A stretch of 64,000 nucleotides of DNA, taken from positions 1 through 64,000 of IMG/VR virus record IMGVR_UViG_3300021471_000007; one strand, written 5' to 3'. The position numbers and the translations under genes were made by a program. The stretch is from a virus. The notes beneath the pieces are model-generated. The model saw nothing but the letters and a program-made list of their open reading frames with translations, was not told the DNA's origin and did not search any database. Below are positions 1 to 7,913 of the stretch, piece by piece (the first letter of the stretch is position 1; each line of letters opens with the position of its first letter).

Positions 1-354
1 TGGTTTTAGGCGCTGGGGCTTTTTTTAGGTCGCTCTATTTGGTACCAAGCGGTAACAATTATTTTTTTTTTTTGCGGCGCCAGACGGAACGTTAGTTTAA
101 GCGGCACCGCTGCGGAACGTAATTTAAAGGCCAAGCCGGCCATCCGGATAGGCGCTGCATGGAACAACGTGGCGCTGAATATGGAAAACGGGCGCTGTAT
201 TTGTCCCTAAACAATAGTAAAAATGTTCGCACTTCCAAACAATCCAACGGTACCAAACGGAAACGCAAATCCGGAATGTGGACAGCGGCGCTAAATTGAT
301 TTATTGGAGCGGTGTCTTTAAGCGGAGTCGGTATGATAATTTAAGCGGCACCTG

Positions 355-620
355 GATATAGGACCAATTGGTCCAATTGGACCACGTGGTTATATAACGT
401 ATATAACCAATTGGTTAGTTACGTATATAACCAATTTGGATAGATACATATATATCCAATTGGATTAACGTATTGGTCCTAATTGGTTAGTTACGTTATA
501 TATATATGGAACGTATATAATGGCGTAACGTAACGTTATATATCCGCTATGACGAATACGTTTATACGTTATGGAACACGTTATACGGTACGTTACGTTA
601 ATACGTTATAATGGAATTGT
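355..620. repeat. Chain of overlapping palindromes and short repeats (candidate origin, terminus or packaging region)
   Basis: GGACCAATTGGTCC 361-374, GGTCCAATTGGACC 370-383, ACCACGTGGT 381-390, GTTATATAAC 389-398, TAACCAATTGGTTA 404-417, ATCCAATTGGAT 454-465; direct repeat AATTGGTTAGTTACGT at 409 and 481; no ORF of 60 aa or more. Confidence 0.8.
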
Positions 621-748
621 TACCTCTATGTTAATGGTTCTTTAATACTGGTGTTTATTCTTTAATATGATAAGTGCGGAATGCGCTCTTAATATGATAA
701 TGCGGGGAATTTGTTTGGAGCGGCGTGGAAATCGACAAATGTCGTATT

Positions 749-764
749 GCATAACTTTATATAC
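749..764 (+). promoter_or_regulatory. Archaeal TATA-box promoter
   Basis: GCATAACTTTATATAC, similar to the promoter motif at 2827, 13745 and 19802. Confidence 0.55.
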
Positions 765-895
765 TTTGAAGTTCAAAAAGTTATTAGAGTATGATTAACT
801 GCAAGATGTTAATTATATGTAAGCACGAAATATTGTAATAGAGTGGCGTTGCTTTTCGGAGCGATGTCATATATACAATATTGAGGTGAGTGCAA

Positions 896-1396
896 ATGGC
901 AATAAGTGTAGGAGAATACGAAGGCATAAGTTTGAGTAGAAAAAGAGGAGGTTCGAAGCGGTTCGATACAAAATTCACTAAAACGGAAATAAAAGCGATA
1001 TTAAAAGAACTGGCACAGCACAACGGAGAAATAAGGACAGATGCAGAAACAATAACTAAGGAACTTTTGAAAAGGAACAAAGTATTAGGAGCGAACAGGA
1101 TTGGATTCGAATTGAAGCAGTGGATTCACATAAATAATGCGGTTGTGGATTTTGTAGCACAGAACGGAAAGGAAAAGGCAAATGAGATATTACACAAAGC
1201 GGGATTAAGCACAGGAGATTTTCTCGGAGAGAGAGTGGATATCGATGTGAATACAAAAAAGATACTGCACAAAGGAAGTGAAGTGGAAGTCATTTTGTTA
1301 AATGCACGGAAACTTGACTATGCACACAAGACGGAATCCAGTTGGAGAAAATGCCTTTGTAGCGAATTCGGCAAACAATATCTAAATAGGGAATAG
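896..1396 (+). CDS. Hypothetical protein (first gene of the early arm)
   Basis: ORF with GAGGTGA RBS at 883-889; followed by a hairpin plus T-run. Confidence 0.8.
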   Translation: MAISVGEYEGISLSRKRGGSKRFDTKFTKTEIKAILKELAQHNGEIRTDAETITKELLKRNKVLGANRIGFELKQWIHINNAVVDFVAQNGKEKANEILHKAGLSTGDFLGERVDIDVNTKKILHKGSEVEVILLNARKLDYAHKTESSWRKCLCSEFGKQYLNRE

Positions 1397-1419
1397 GCAC
1401 AAATAACGCTTATGATATG

Positions 1420-1440
1420 AGGCGTGGTGCCTTTTTTTTA
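1420..1440 (+). terminator. Hairpin + oligo-T terminator
   Basis: AGGC-GTGGT-GCCT followed by a T-run just after the ORF ending at 1396. Confidence 0.5.
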
Positions 1441-1588
1441 TGAGGAACTTCTCGGTACCACGTGGAAACAGACACCCCCGCATCATAATATCATAATATT
1501 TATTCCTCCAAATTGTTCCAAATTAAGGGTAATCGGACTAAAATAGGCGCTCGATGTTGGCCAAGGCATGGTGTTTAAGGGCAAAACC

Positions 1589-1842
1589 TTGTGCCAAGCA
1601 GGAATTTTGGTGTTTGGGTATGTGTAGGCCTCAATATCTAAAATGCGGTGTGTGTTGTGTGCCATGGTGTGCCAAAACCTTTGGCACCTGTTTGGGAGCT
1701 TGTACCTATCAAATATGAAGGAATTTGGTATCTTGTGCCATGAAGTAGGCCCGGGACGTCTATAGCTATAGACATGGACCGCTTAAAACCATGGATTGGA
1801 TGCGTTTTATGATAGGGCATCTATAGACAAATCTATAGATGC
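1589..1842. repeat. Left operator-like array (GTGCCA repeats and TCTATAGA palindromes)
   Basis: GTGCCA at about 1591, 1659, 1669, 1735; palindrome GTCTATAGCTATAGAC 1758-1773; inverted repeat GCATCTATAGA-N4-TCTATAGATGC 1817-1842. Confidence 0.75.
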
Positions 1843-1999
1843 TCAGGTGCTCGTAGAGAGGTGTTTGGGATAGGAATAAAGCGTTCAATTTATTGAACAT
1901 GGAGAGAATTGGATATGATGGATAGTGTGGATATCGTGGAACACTTATGCGTTATGTTTTTATACTATGAAAACCAAATAAGATATGAGGTGATTTTTT

Positions 2000-2263
2000 A
2001 TGGTGCTAAATTATAAACATCAATATACTACTATTGAGTTACGGAAGGATACAAAACTCCGGCTTGACAAATTTAAGCGAAGTGGAATGAGTTATGATAA
2101 AACAATAACAGAAATGATAGATGAGTTGGAACGGCTTCTTGGAAAAGGTTCCTTAGTAAGCGTTGTATTTGAAAAAGAGGATTACGAGAAACTAAAAAAA
2201 ATGGCTTATTCTAATGGACTTGGTGTAACGGAATTAATCAAATACAAATTAATAAAAGAATAA
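2000..2263 (+). CDS. Small DNA-binding protein, ribbon-helix-helix/CopG-like (possibly two RHH units)
   Basis: TTIELRKDTKLRLDKFK...SYDKTITEMI and SVVFEKEDYEKLKKMA...GVTELIK, both RHH-like; GAGGTGA RBS. Confidence 0.7.
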   Translation: MVLNYKHQYTTIELRKDTKLRLDKFKRSGMSYDKTITEMIDELERLLGKGSLVSVVFEKEDYEKLKKMAYSNGLGVTELIKYKLIKE

Positions 2264-2354
2264 AAAAGTATGAATATAGGCAACACTAATTAAACACGTT
2301 CATACGGAATACAATATATATTGTATAAATAGGAATATAAAGGTATCGTTTTAG

Positions 2355-2702
2355 GTCTATAGATATCCTTATTATTATATACTGGCACAGGATTGTCTAT
2401 AGCGTCTGTACCTATCGAATTCAGGCGTTTGGACATCTATAGATATGTCTATAGATGCGGTTTTTATTTCAGCCCATACTTATCGAATTTGCAGGTTTGG
2501 AGAAAGGACATCTATAGCTATAGATGCGCCGGAGGTATGTTTTGGCACACAGTCCCGATTCCGGGTTGTTTGGATGCTTTTTATATTGCGGGAAGCACGC
2601 AGAACGCTTATTGAAAACATGGCACACGATGGCACACATGGCACAAAACTGACTTATCTTCTATATATGAAAGGTAGGACGCTCATACCTCAATTGGCAC
2701 AA
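2355..2702. repeat. Right operator-like array (mirror image of the left array)
   Basis: CATCTATAGA-N4-TCTATAGATG 2434-2457; palindrome CATCTATAGCTATAGATG 2509-2526; TGGCAC at about 2383, 2543, 2620, 2630, 2640, 2695. Confidence 0.75.
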
Positions 2703-2826
2703 AACACGCTTATTTGTTCAGGTTATTGAACATATTGTATATAGGAGCATATTCTGATAAAACAGGATACCTGTGGCCATGCCAAGGTTGTCCGCTTAAT
2801 GGATGACACTTCCGTGCGTTAACCAG

Positions 2827-2843
2827 AGCGATAAGTTTATATA
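2827..2843 (+). promoter_or_regulatory. Archaeal BRE-TATA promoter
   Basis: AGCGATAAGTTTATATA. Confidence 0.65.
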
Positions 2844-2908
2844 TAGTGAACACTATCTTATATTGTAATTATTATAGTGAGATAATGATAATTACGGATG
2901 GTGGTCAA

Positions 2909-3370
2909 ATGCTACATAAGTCGGATTATAATAATATGAAAGAATTAGATATTAGATACGGTACAAAACTTAATGATAAGGAATTAACTATTGCTAAACG
3001 GATACAAAACTGGAATTATATTGCTACTTTAAAATGTATTCAGGATTCAGGTGTTAATCATTATTCTGCTTCTAAAATACTAAAATGGCTCAGGAAAAAT
3101 GACGAAAGATATAGGAACGAAGTGCTATCTAAAAGACGGTTAAAAATCAGGAAGCAAAGAGAAATACGGCACTTAAATCATAATATTGATGTTGATAATG
3201 CGGTTTCATTACTTGGCATATTTTTCAATATAGAATTGAAAAACGAGGCTCGCAATCCCGAAACTGCCAGTGAGGATTGCGGTTTGCAAGACGAAGATGA
3301 CAATATCGGACATAATGATGGATTAGTGTCCGAACATGGTGTAAGCGTAGGCCCGGCATCGCCCATATAA
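2909..3370 (+). CDS. Hypothetical basic protein (3' end overlaps the structured RNA candidate)
   Basis: Open frame 2846-3370; ATG 2909 follows a GGTGG RBS-like site downstream of a TATA box. Confidence 0.6.
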   Translation: MLHKSDYNNMKELDIRYGTKLNDKELTIAKRIQNWNYIATLKCIQDSGVNHYSASKILKWLRKNDERYRNEVLSKRRLKIRKQREIRHLNHNIDVDNAVSLLGIFFNIELKNEARNPETASEDCGLQDEDDNIGHNDGLVSEHGVSVGPASPI

Positions 3371-3760
3371 AGTCGGTGCTTAGTTTTGGCAAGGATTAAC
3401 CTATCAAGACGAAAGGTCTCGGCACGAATTGCGAAGTAGGTTCGTGTTAGTCGGCAGAATTTATATTTAACAGGGTACCGGCGAAGCGGTTTGAGGCTAT
3501 GGCGGGCGTGTTTTGGATTATTATTTTTTGCTCGCCGTATTATATTTTTTAGGATTTCTTTATTTAAACATTAAAGGTTATCATTTTTGATAACCTGGTA
3601 GTTTTATGAAATGCGGATCTGGATTGCTAAATTACATCACACTCACAGAAACTGGCAAGCAGTTTGGATTCGCTCCATCGGGTTCTTCGTGTAATTTAAA
3701 GGCATCACGTCTTTGGTCACACCCCCAGGTGTTTTACACGGAGGACCCATTATTATTTAT
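3241..3760 (+). ncRNA. Candidate large structured RNA
   Basis: GC-richer region with many stems: CGCAATCC/GGATTGCG, TCGGACA/TGTCCGA, AGAC-GAAAG-GTCT, CACGAA/TTCGTG, TATGGCGGGCG/TGCTCGCCGTA (needs G-U pairs), AGGTTATCA/TGATAACCT, TAAATTACA/TGTAATTTA, AAACTG/CAGTTT. Confidence 0.5.
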
Positions 3761-3788
3761 TTATTATGAATTTTTAGGAGGGGATACT

Positions 3789-4016
3789 ATGAAAGAAACA
3801 CTTGTTGATTACGGAAAGAAAGAGGAGACGGAAGAAGAACAGGATGAAAATGAAACAAAAACTTTTGTTATAACTTGGTCTGAAACTGTTTGGTATAGGA
3901 CGGTTATTGATGCACACGATGAGGACGAGGCCTGGGATGCGTTTTGGGATGACGATGGAGATACGGAAGAAACAGGAAGAGATGTTAATGACGATGCGGA
4001 ACTGCAAGAAGTATAA
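3789..4016 (+). CDS. Very acidic 75-aa protein with N-terminal LxDY tag (possible DNA mimic)
   Basis: GGAGG RBS; starts MKETLVDY; about 28 D/E versus 6 K/R. Confidence 0.75.
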   Translation: MKETLVDYGKKEETEEEQDENETKTFVITWSETVWYRTVIDAHDEDEAWDAFWDDDGDTEETGRDVNDDAELQEV

Positions 4017-4119
4017 TATGAGTAAAAACAGGATTCGTTTTTAAAGGCGATTTTGCATTTTGATTTAGGTTTTGCATTTGAATTTAATTGTTTTATAATA
4101 TTAAATTAATTCTTACAAT

Positions 4120-4225
4120 CGGTTTACGGTTATGTCTGTGAGGCTCGGCGCTGAAAGTGCGTGAGTGCGTGCGGGGATGTGTCATGGAGCCGATGAGCGG
4201 TCTAACATCATGTAAAGGAGGTGTA
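4120..4225 (+). promoter_or_regulatory. GC-rich structured 5' leader downstream of a TATA-like box
   Basis: TTTTATAAT at 4091-4099; stems TTTAC/GTAAA, GGCTC/GAGCC, GCGC-TGAAA-GTGC; ends at the AGGAGGTG RBS. Confidence 0.45.
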
Positions 4226-4228
4226 AAT

Positions 4229-4399
4229 ATGTTAGGACATACAATAGAAATGATTAATATACTTGGAAAACTAATAAACAATAGCATAGATAGTGGATTA
4301 TCTTTGCTGGTTTTGTTAGTGTTTTTGGGTATATTGGTTCTTGCTGGGAGTAAAGTTTGGTCTTGGCTCGTAAAAATATTTAACGGCGTCAGAAAATGA
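4229..4399 (+). CDS. Small single-pass membrane protein
   Basis: AGGAGGTG RBS; hydrophobic segment LSLLVLLVFLGILVLAG. Confidence 0.7.
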   Translation: MLGHTIEMINILGKLINNSIDSGLSLLVLLVFLGILVLAGSKVWSWLVKIFNGVRK

Positions 4400-4413
4400 C
4401 GCCGGTGATGTTT

Positions 4414-4653
4414 ATGTTAAATAAATTATCGGACTACTATAATAGCGGATTAAACATAGGAATGCGTGTGAAAGTAGATTTGCTTAATGGTGCAGGTGCA
4501 TCTATTAATATGATTTCTGGTGATGATGATTATATTGATGGTACGGTAGTTGGATATAGTAAAATGGAAGTTACAATAAAAATAGAAGGACATGGATTCT
4601 TGGTATTACCAAGAGCATATAGAAAAAGATGGTATGATGGATGCGTGGTTTGA
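4414..4653 (+). CDS. SH3/KOW-like small protein, paralog 1 (LxDY tag)
   Basis: MLNKLSDY...IGMRVKV...GTVVGYS...RWYDGCVV; GGTGA RBS. Confidence 0.75.
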   Translation: MLNKLSDYYNSGLNIGMRVKVDLLNGAGASINMISGDDDYIDGTVVGYSKMEVTIKIEGHGFLVLPRAYRKRWYDGCVV

Positions 4654-4863
4654 GTGTTAAAACGGTTATTAGATTATTGTAAAAAACAAGACGATGGTTT
4701 ATATATCGGGATGCATGTAAAAGTCTCGCTTGGTGTTGGTTTGTATGATGCTATTGTAATTGAATTTGATAAATCATATGTTACGGTCAAAATAATTACA
4801 ACTGGGTTTAGGATGCAAATTATTCGTAAAAAACGTAAGTGGTATGATGGTGCAGTAATATAG
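4654..4863 (+). CDS. SH3/KOW-like small protein, paralog 2 (LxDY tag)
   Basis: MLKRLLDY...IGMHVKV...KWYDGAVI. Confidence 0.75.
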   Translation: MLKRLLDYCKKQDDGLYIGMHVKVSLGVGLYDAIVIEFDKSYVTVKIITTGFRMQIIRKKRKWYDGAVI

Positions 4864-4872
4864 GTGATGGCG

Positions 4873-5106
4873 ATGTTAAATAAATTATCGGATTATTCTA
4901 AACGTGGTATACATATAGGTATGACCGTGTTTATAGGAGGAGATAAATTAATTATATTTTATCCAAGTATCGACCCAAGGGAAAAATATAAAGGCACGGT
5001 TGTAGGTTATAGTGATAATTTAGTGCATGTTAAAATGGAATTTAATAAAAAAACATTGTCTATTATGAAGAAGGACTTTGTGTGGTATAATGGATGTGTG
5101 TTATAA
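4873..5106 (+). CDS. SH3/KOW-like small protein, paralog 3 (LxDY tag)
   Basis: MLNKLSDY...IGMTVFI...GTVVGYS...VWYNGCVL; AGGTGA RBS. Confidence 0.75.
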   Translation: MLNKLSDYSKRGIHIGMTVFIGGDKLIIFYPSIDPREKYKGTVVGYSDNLVHVKMEFNKKTLSIMKKDFVWYNGCVL

Positions 5107-5118
5107 TGAGGTGGTGTT

Positions 5119-5394
5119 ATGTATAAGTGGTGGAAAAAGTGGTATGATGCTATAAATAAGGTAGAGTTGGTTAAAGAATTGCCGGCATTACAAGACATAT
5201 TTAATAATATAGAAGACGAGGATGTTAAAAGGCGGGCACCTTTAATTATAAATAGTTTGTTTGAGGATTTAATTGATTTTTTATCTATAAATGAAAACGG
5301 AGGTGATTTCATGACGGACGAGTTCTATGAAAGAGAAGATGATTTAGGATTGGATATTGATATAGATGAACAGGAAGATGATGAGGAAGAATAA
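5119..5394 (+). CDS. Hypothetical protein with acidic tail
   Basis: GAGGTGG RBS; internal GGAGGTGA + ATG at 5311; D/E-rich C-terminus. Confidence 0.7.
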   Translation: MYKWWKKWYDAINKVELVKELPALQDIFNNIEDEDVKRRAPLIINSLFEDLIDFLSINENGGDFMTDEFYEREDDLGLDIDIDEQEDDEEE

Positions 5395-5423
5395 ATTAAT
5401 ATACAAGGAGGAGGTGAAATTAA

Positions 5424-5807
5424 ATGATAATTCAGAAATATATGTATGACGGCGTGATAGGATTAGCACAGGAACGTTTGGCTAAAGCAATTGACAAGGT
5501 GCATAAAAAATATAAAAGCAAAATTGATGATGCGGAAGAAAAAGCAGAAAAACTATTTGCAAAGGAAGTAGTAACACGGTGCTATGAAGGTAAGTTAGAA
5601 TTGAAATATGGTCCTGGACGTGGCTTTTATATTGAGTATGACAAAATGGAGAAATTGAAGGAAAAACACTGGAAAGAATACAGAAAATTAGAAGAACAGA
5701 AAATCAAGGAGCTGAAGGCACTTGACGAAAAATATAAAAAATGGAAACTAAAATTTATCAAAAACGTGGCTAAAGGCACGATGATAGATTTGCCTGTTTT
5801 TGATTAA
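5424..5807 (+). CDS. Helical hypothetical protein, paralog A
   Basis: GGAGGTGA RBS; similar to the next ORF (IDKVHKKY vs IDEVRKYY; KYKKWK vs KYNAWK). Confidence 0.8.
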   Translation: MIIQKYMYDGVIGLAQERLAKAIDKVHKKYKSKIDDAEEKAEKLFAKEVVTRCYEGKLELKYGPGRGFYIEYDKMEKLKEKHWKEYRKLEEQKIKELKALDEKYKKWKLKFIKNVAKGTMIDLPVFD

Positions 5808-5832
5808 AATAAAATAAAAGGAGGAGGATAAA

Positions 5833-6234
5833 ATGCAATTTAATGAATATGTAGCGGAGAAGCAAACAGAAATGGCAAAGTTGTTTCTTAATAGGAAAAT
5901 AGATGAAGTAAGGAAATACTATGCCGAACAAATAGAGGCAGAAGCAGACAAAATACGGGACAAAATATTGAGTGAAAATAAGAGGAAATTTATAAGAGTT
6001 AGTGGAGGACTCATGACTTTTCCTCTAATTCAAGTAAAGGATGCAGATATGATAAGAAACAAATACAAAAATGAATTTAATGAAGCGGTTGAACCAATTG
6101 AAAAGAAAAGAGATGCAGTAATCAGGCAATTAAAAGACAAATACAACGCTTGGAAAATGACGATGTTAAAAGCGTTGATGAACGGCAAGGCCATAGGGAT
6201 AGAACCAGCATACTACAATATAAAATACAAATAG
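5833..6234 (+). CDS. Helical hypothetical protein, paralog B
   Basis: GGAGGAGG RBS; paralog of 5424-5807. Confidence 0.8.
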   Translation: MQFNEYVAEKQTEMAKLFLNRKIDEVRKYYAEQIEAEADKIRDKILSENKRKFIRVSGGLMTFPLIQVKDADMIRNKYKNEFNEAVEPIEKKRDAVIRQLKDKYNAWKMTMLKALMNGKAIGIEPAYYNIKYK

Positions 6235-6270
6235 GCGGGACACAATGTCCCGTTTTTAATTTTTTATTCT
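6235..6270 (+). terminator. Hairpin + T-run terminator
   Basis: CGGGACA-CAA-TGTCCCG followed by TTTTTAATTTTTT. Confidence 0.7.
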
Positions 6271-6287
6271 TATTGAGGTGATTAATT

Positions 6288-6434
6288 ATGGAGAAGAAAG
6301 AATATAAATTGGGAATAACTTTGGATAGAACATTAGTAATTTTAGATGAGAATAAGGAAATAATTGGAAAGATACACCCAGAAAGTTTTGTAGATGTTAT
6401 AAAAAAAGTATTGTTTACAGGCATAAGGTATTAG
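6288..6434 (+). CDS. Small hypothetical protein (48 aa, below the ORF-track cutoff)
   Basis: GAGGTGA RBS, ATG 6288, MEKKEYKLGITLDRT..., TAG ending at 6434. Confidence 0.6.
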   Translation: MEKKEYKLGITLDRTLVILDENKEIIGKIHPESFVDVIKKVLFTGIRY

Positions 6435-6455
6435 AATGCAGTGGGGTGATTAATT

Positions 6456-6659
6456 ATGGAGATGGAAAATATATTATTTAGGGATGAAATTATAAACAAA
6501 GTAAAGGAAATAATGTCAAAAGATATAACAAATGAAAAAAAGAGGTTGTTATTAAATGAATTGGAAAACAAACATTATCAGGAAGTATTCATTAAAACGC
6601 ATTTGTGTTCGCATTGCGGAGCACTTGATGTTGAAATTTGGTTCAAAGAAGAATTTTAA
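6456..6659 (+). CDS. Hypothetical protein (CxxC)
   Basis: GGGGTGA RBS; LCSHCG. Confidence 0.65.
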   Translation: MEMENILFRDEIINKVKEIMSKDITNEKKRLLLNELENKHYQEVFIKTHLCSHCGALDVEIWFKEEF

Positions 6660-6672
6660 AGGAGGTGCTATT

Positions 6673-6861
6673 ATGAATAAAAGCCAAAGGTTAGTTTTAG
6701 GCAAAGTATTCAATATAATAGATGAAAGGCGGAGCGAACTACAAAAATATAGGTTTAAAGTATATAATGAATTGGAAATTTTGAAATTAAAGAATATTAT
6801 AAAGAAAGAATTTGGACTTAACGATAAGGAAACAGAATTACTAAAACATGAGGTAGTTTAA
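6673..6861 (+). CDS. Hypothetical protein
   Basis: GGAGGTG RBS before ATG 6673. Confidence 0.65.
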   Translation: MNKSQRLVLGKVFNIIDERRSELQKYRFKVYNELEILKLKNIIKKEFGLNDKETELLKHEVV

Positions 6862-7170
6862 ATGAGGATGAAACAATCTGCCTTTGAGGCATTAATCAGC
6901 AGTATAGTTAAGATAGGCAAACATAGGCAGAAAATGAAACTTAAACGGGTTATTGGAAAAGAAGGTGTTGGATATTGGTTTTGTCCGATATGTAATACTA
7001 CTATTTATCCTGAGGATATTAATGAAAATAAGGATATAGTAGATTGGGGCATATTTGATGGAATGCTTTATCCGGTGTGCCCTATGCATAATTATTTTAT
7101 GGAATATGGTGAGGTTGGTAAAAATGAGAATAAAACAGAAGCGTTTTATGGATTTGATTGGTGGTTTTAA
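6862..7170 (+). CDS. Zn-ribbon protein, paralog 1
   Basis: MRMKQSAF...WFCPIC...PVCPMH. Confidence 0.75.
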   Translation: MRMKQSAFEALISSIVKIGKHRQKMKLKRVIGKEGVGYWFCPICNTTIYPEDINENKDIVDWGIFDGMLYPVCPMHNYFMEYGEVGKNENKTEAFYGFDWWF

Positions 7171-7390
7171 AAAAGACAATAAATATTGTAGCAACGTGGT
7201 TTGGGTGTGGCAATGTAACAATTGCGGATTGATTACAAATGTTACAAATACACGCAATATGATGCTGGCATATGACAGGGATAAAAGAGAGTATATACCA
7301 TTATGTCCATCATGCGGTCAGAAAATGGAACTAAAAAATATAGACGAATTGGAGGATGATGATTATGCGTATGAGTCAGGAAGATTTTGA
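7124..7390 (+). CDS. Zn-ribbon protein, paralog 2
   Basis: MRIKQKRF...WQCNNC...PLCPSC. Confidence 0.75.
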   Translation: MRIKQKRFMDLIGGFKKDNKYCSNVVWVWQCNNCGLITNVTNTRNMMLAYDRDKREYIPLCPSCGQKMELKNIDELEDDDYAYESGRF

Positions 7391-7565
7391 AAAGATGATA
7401 AGTTTAGATAAGAAAAAAGGACTTTGGATATGTTCACATTGTGGTTATTATGTTTCTAATAATGCTTTAAATGAGATTAAGGTATATTATGAAAGCAACG
7501 GTGTAAAAATACCATATTGTCCAATATGTGGCAGAGAAATGGGTTTTTATAGGAGAGGTGATTAA
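7365..7565 (+). CDS. Zn-ribbon protein, paralog 3
   Basis: MRMSQEDF...WICSHC...PYCPIC. Confidence 0.75.
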   Translation: MRMSQEDFEKMISLDKKKGLWICSHCGYYVSNNALNEIKVYYESNGVKIPYCPICGREMGFYRRGD

Positions 7566-7566
7566 T

Positions 7567-7899
7567 ATTAAGAAATGTCTGGTAGATTATGTTTCTGGTG
7601 TGGTTATCGATGGTTTCTTCGATTATAAGGAGTATGATATAATACAAGAATTTCAGGTGGATGAGGTGCCTGTTGCTGATAAATTGCGTGAATTTAATGG
7701 AAAAAAAGTAAGGGTTGAGATAATTAACCACGGTACTGATACCAAGAATGTTTATGAAGGAACTTTAACAATAGAGGATGACGATGTGGATGGTATTATA
7801 TATCAGGGTAGTATACATATTAAAACAAAAAAAGGTATAGTTATACTGGATGAAATTATGGTGCCGAGTGCATCATGTTTAAAGGTATCGTTGTTATAG
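7567..7899 (+). CDS. Hypothetical protein with LxDY tag, probable ATT start
   Basis: GAGGTGA-ttaat-ATT AAG AAA TGT CTG GTA GAT TAT, i.e. (M)KKCLVDY; an in-frame GTG inside the RBS is the alternative start. Confidence 0.6.
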   Translation: MKKCLVDYVSGVVIDGFFDYKEYDIIQEFQVDEVPVADKLREFNGKKVRVEIINHGTDTKNVYEGTLTIEDDDVDGIIYQGSIHIKTKKGIVILDEIMVPSASCLKVSLL

Positions 7900-7913
7900 G
7901 AGGAGGTGTTATT

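Noticed and set aside
1-780. CRISPR or mini-CRISPR array in the repeat-rich left end
   Set aside because: Repeats are short (16 bp or less for exact copies), irregularly spaced and lack a repeat-spacer period
1483-2729. ORFs 1483-1665, 1638-1820, 2393-2614 and 2445-2729
   Set aside because: No RBS, atypical composition, and they coincide with the palindrome/operator arrays (shared SIAID peptides simply reflect the DNA palindrome)
3606-3788. N-terminal extension of ORF 3606-4016
   Set aside because: A strong RBS precedes ATG 3789; the upstream part overlaps the structured RNA candidate
3241-4225. Hammerhead ribozyme
   Set aside because: GAAA elements are present but no CUGANGA core in the required arrangement was found
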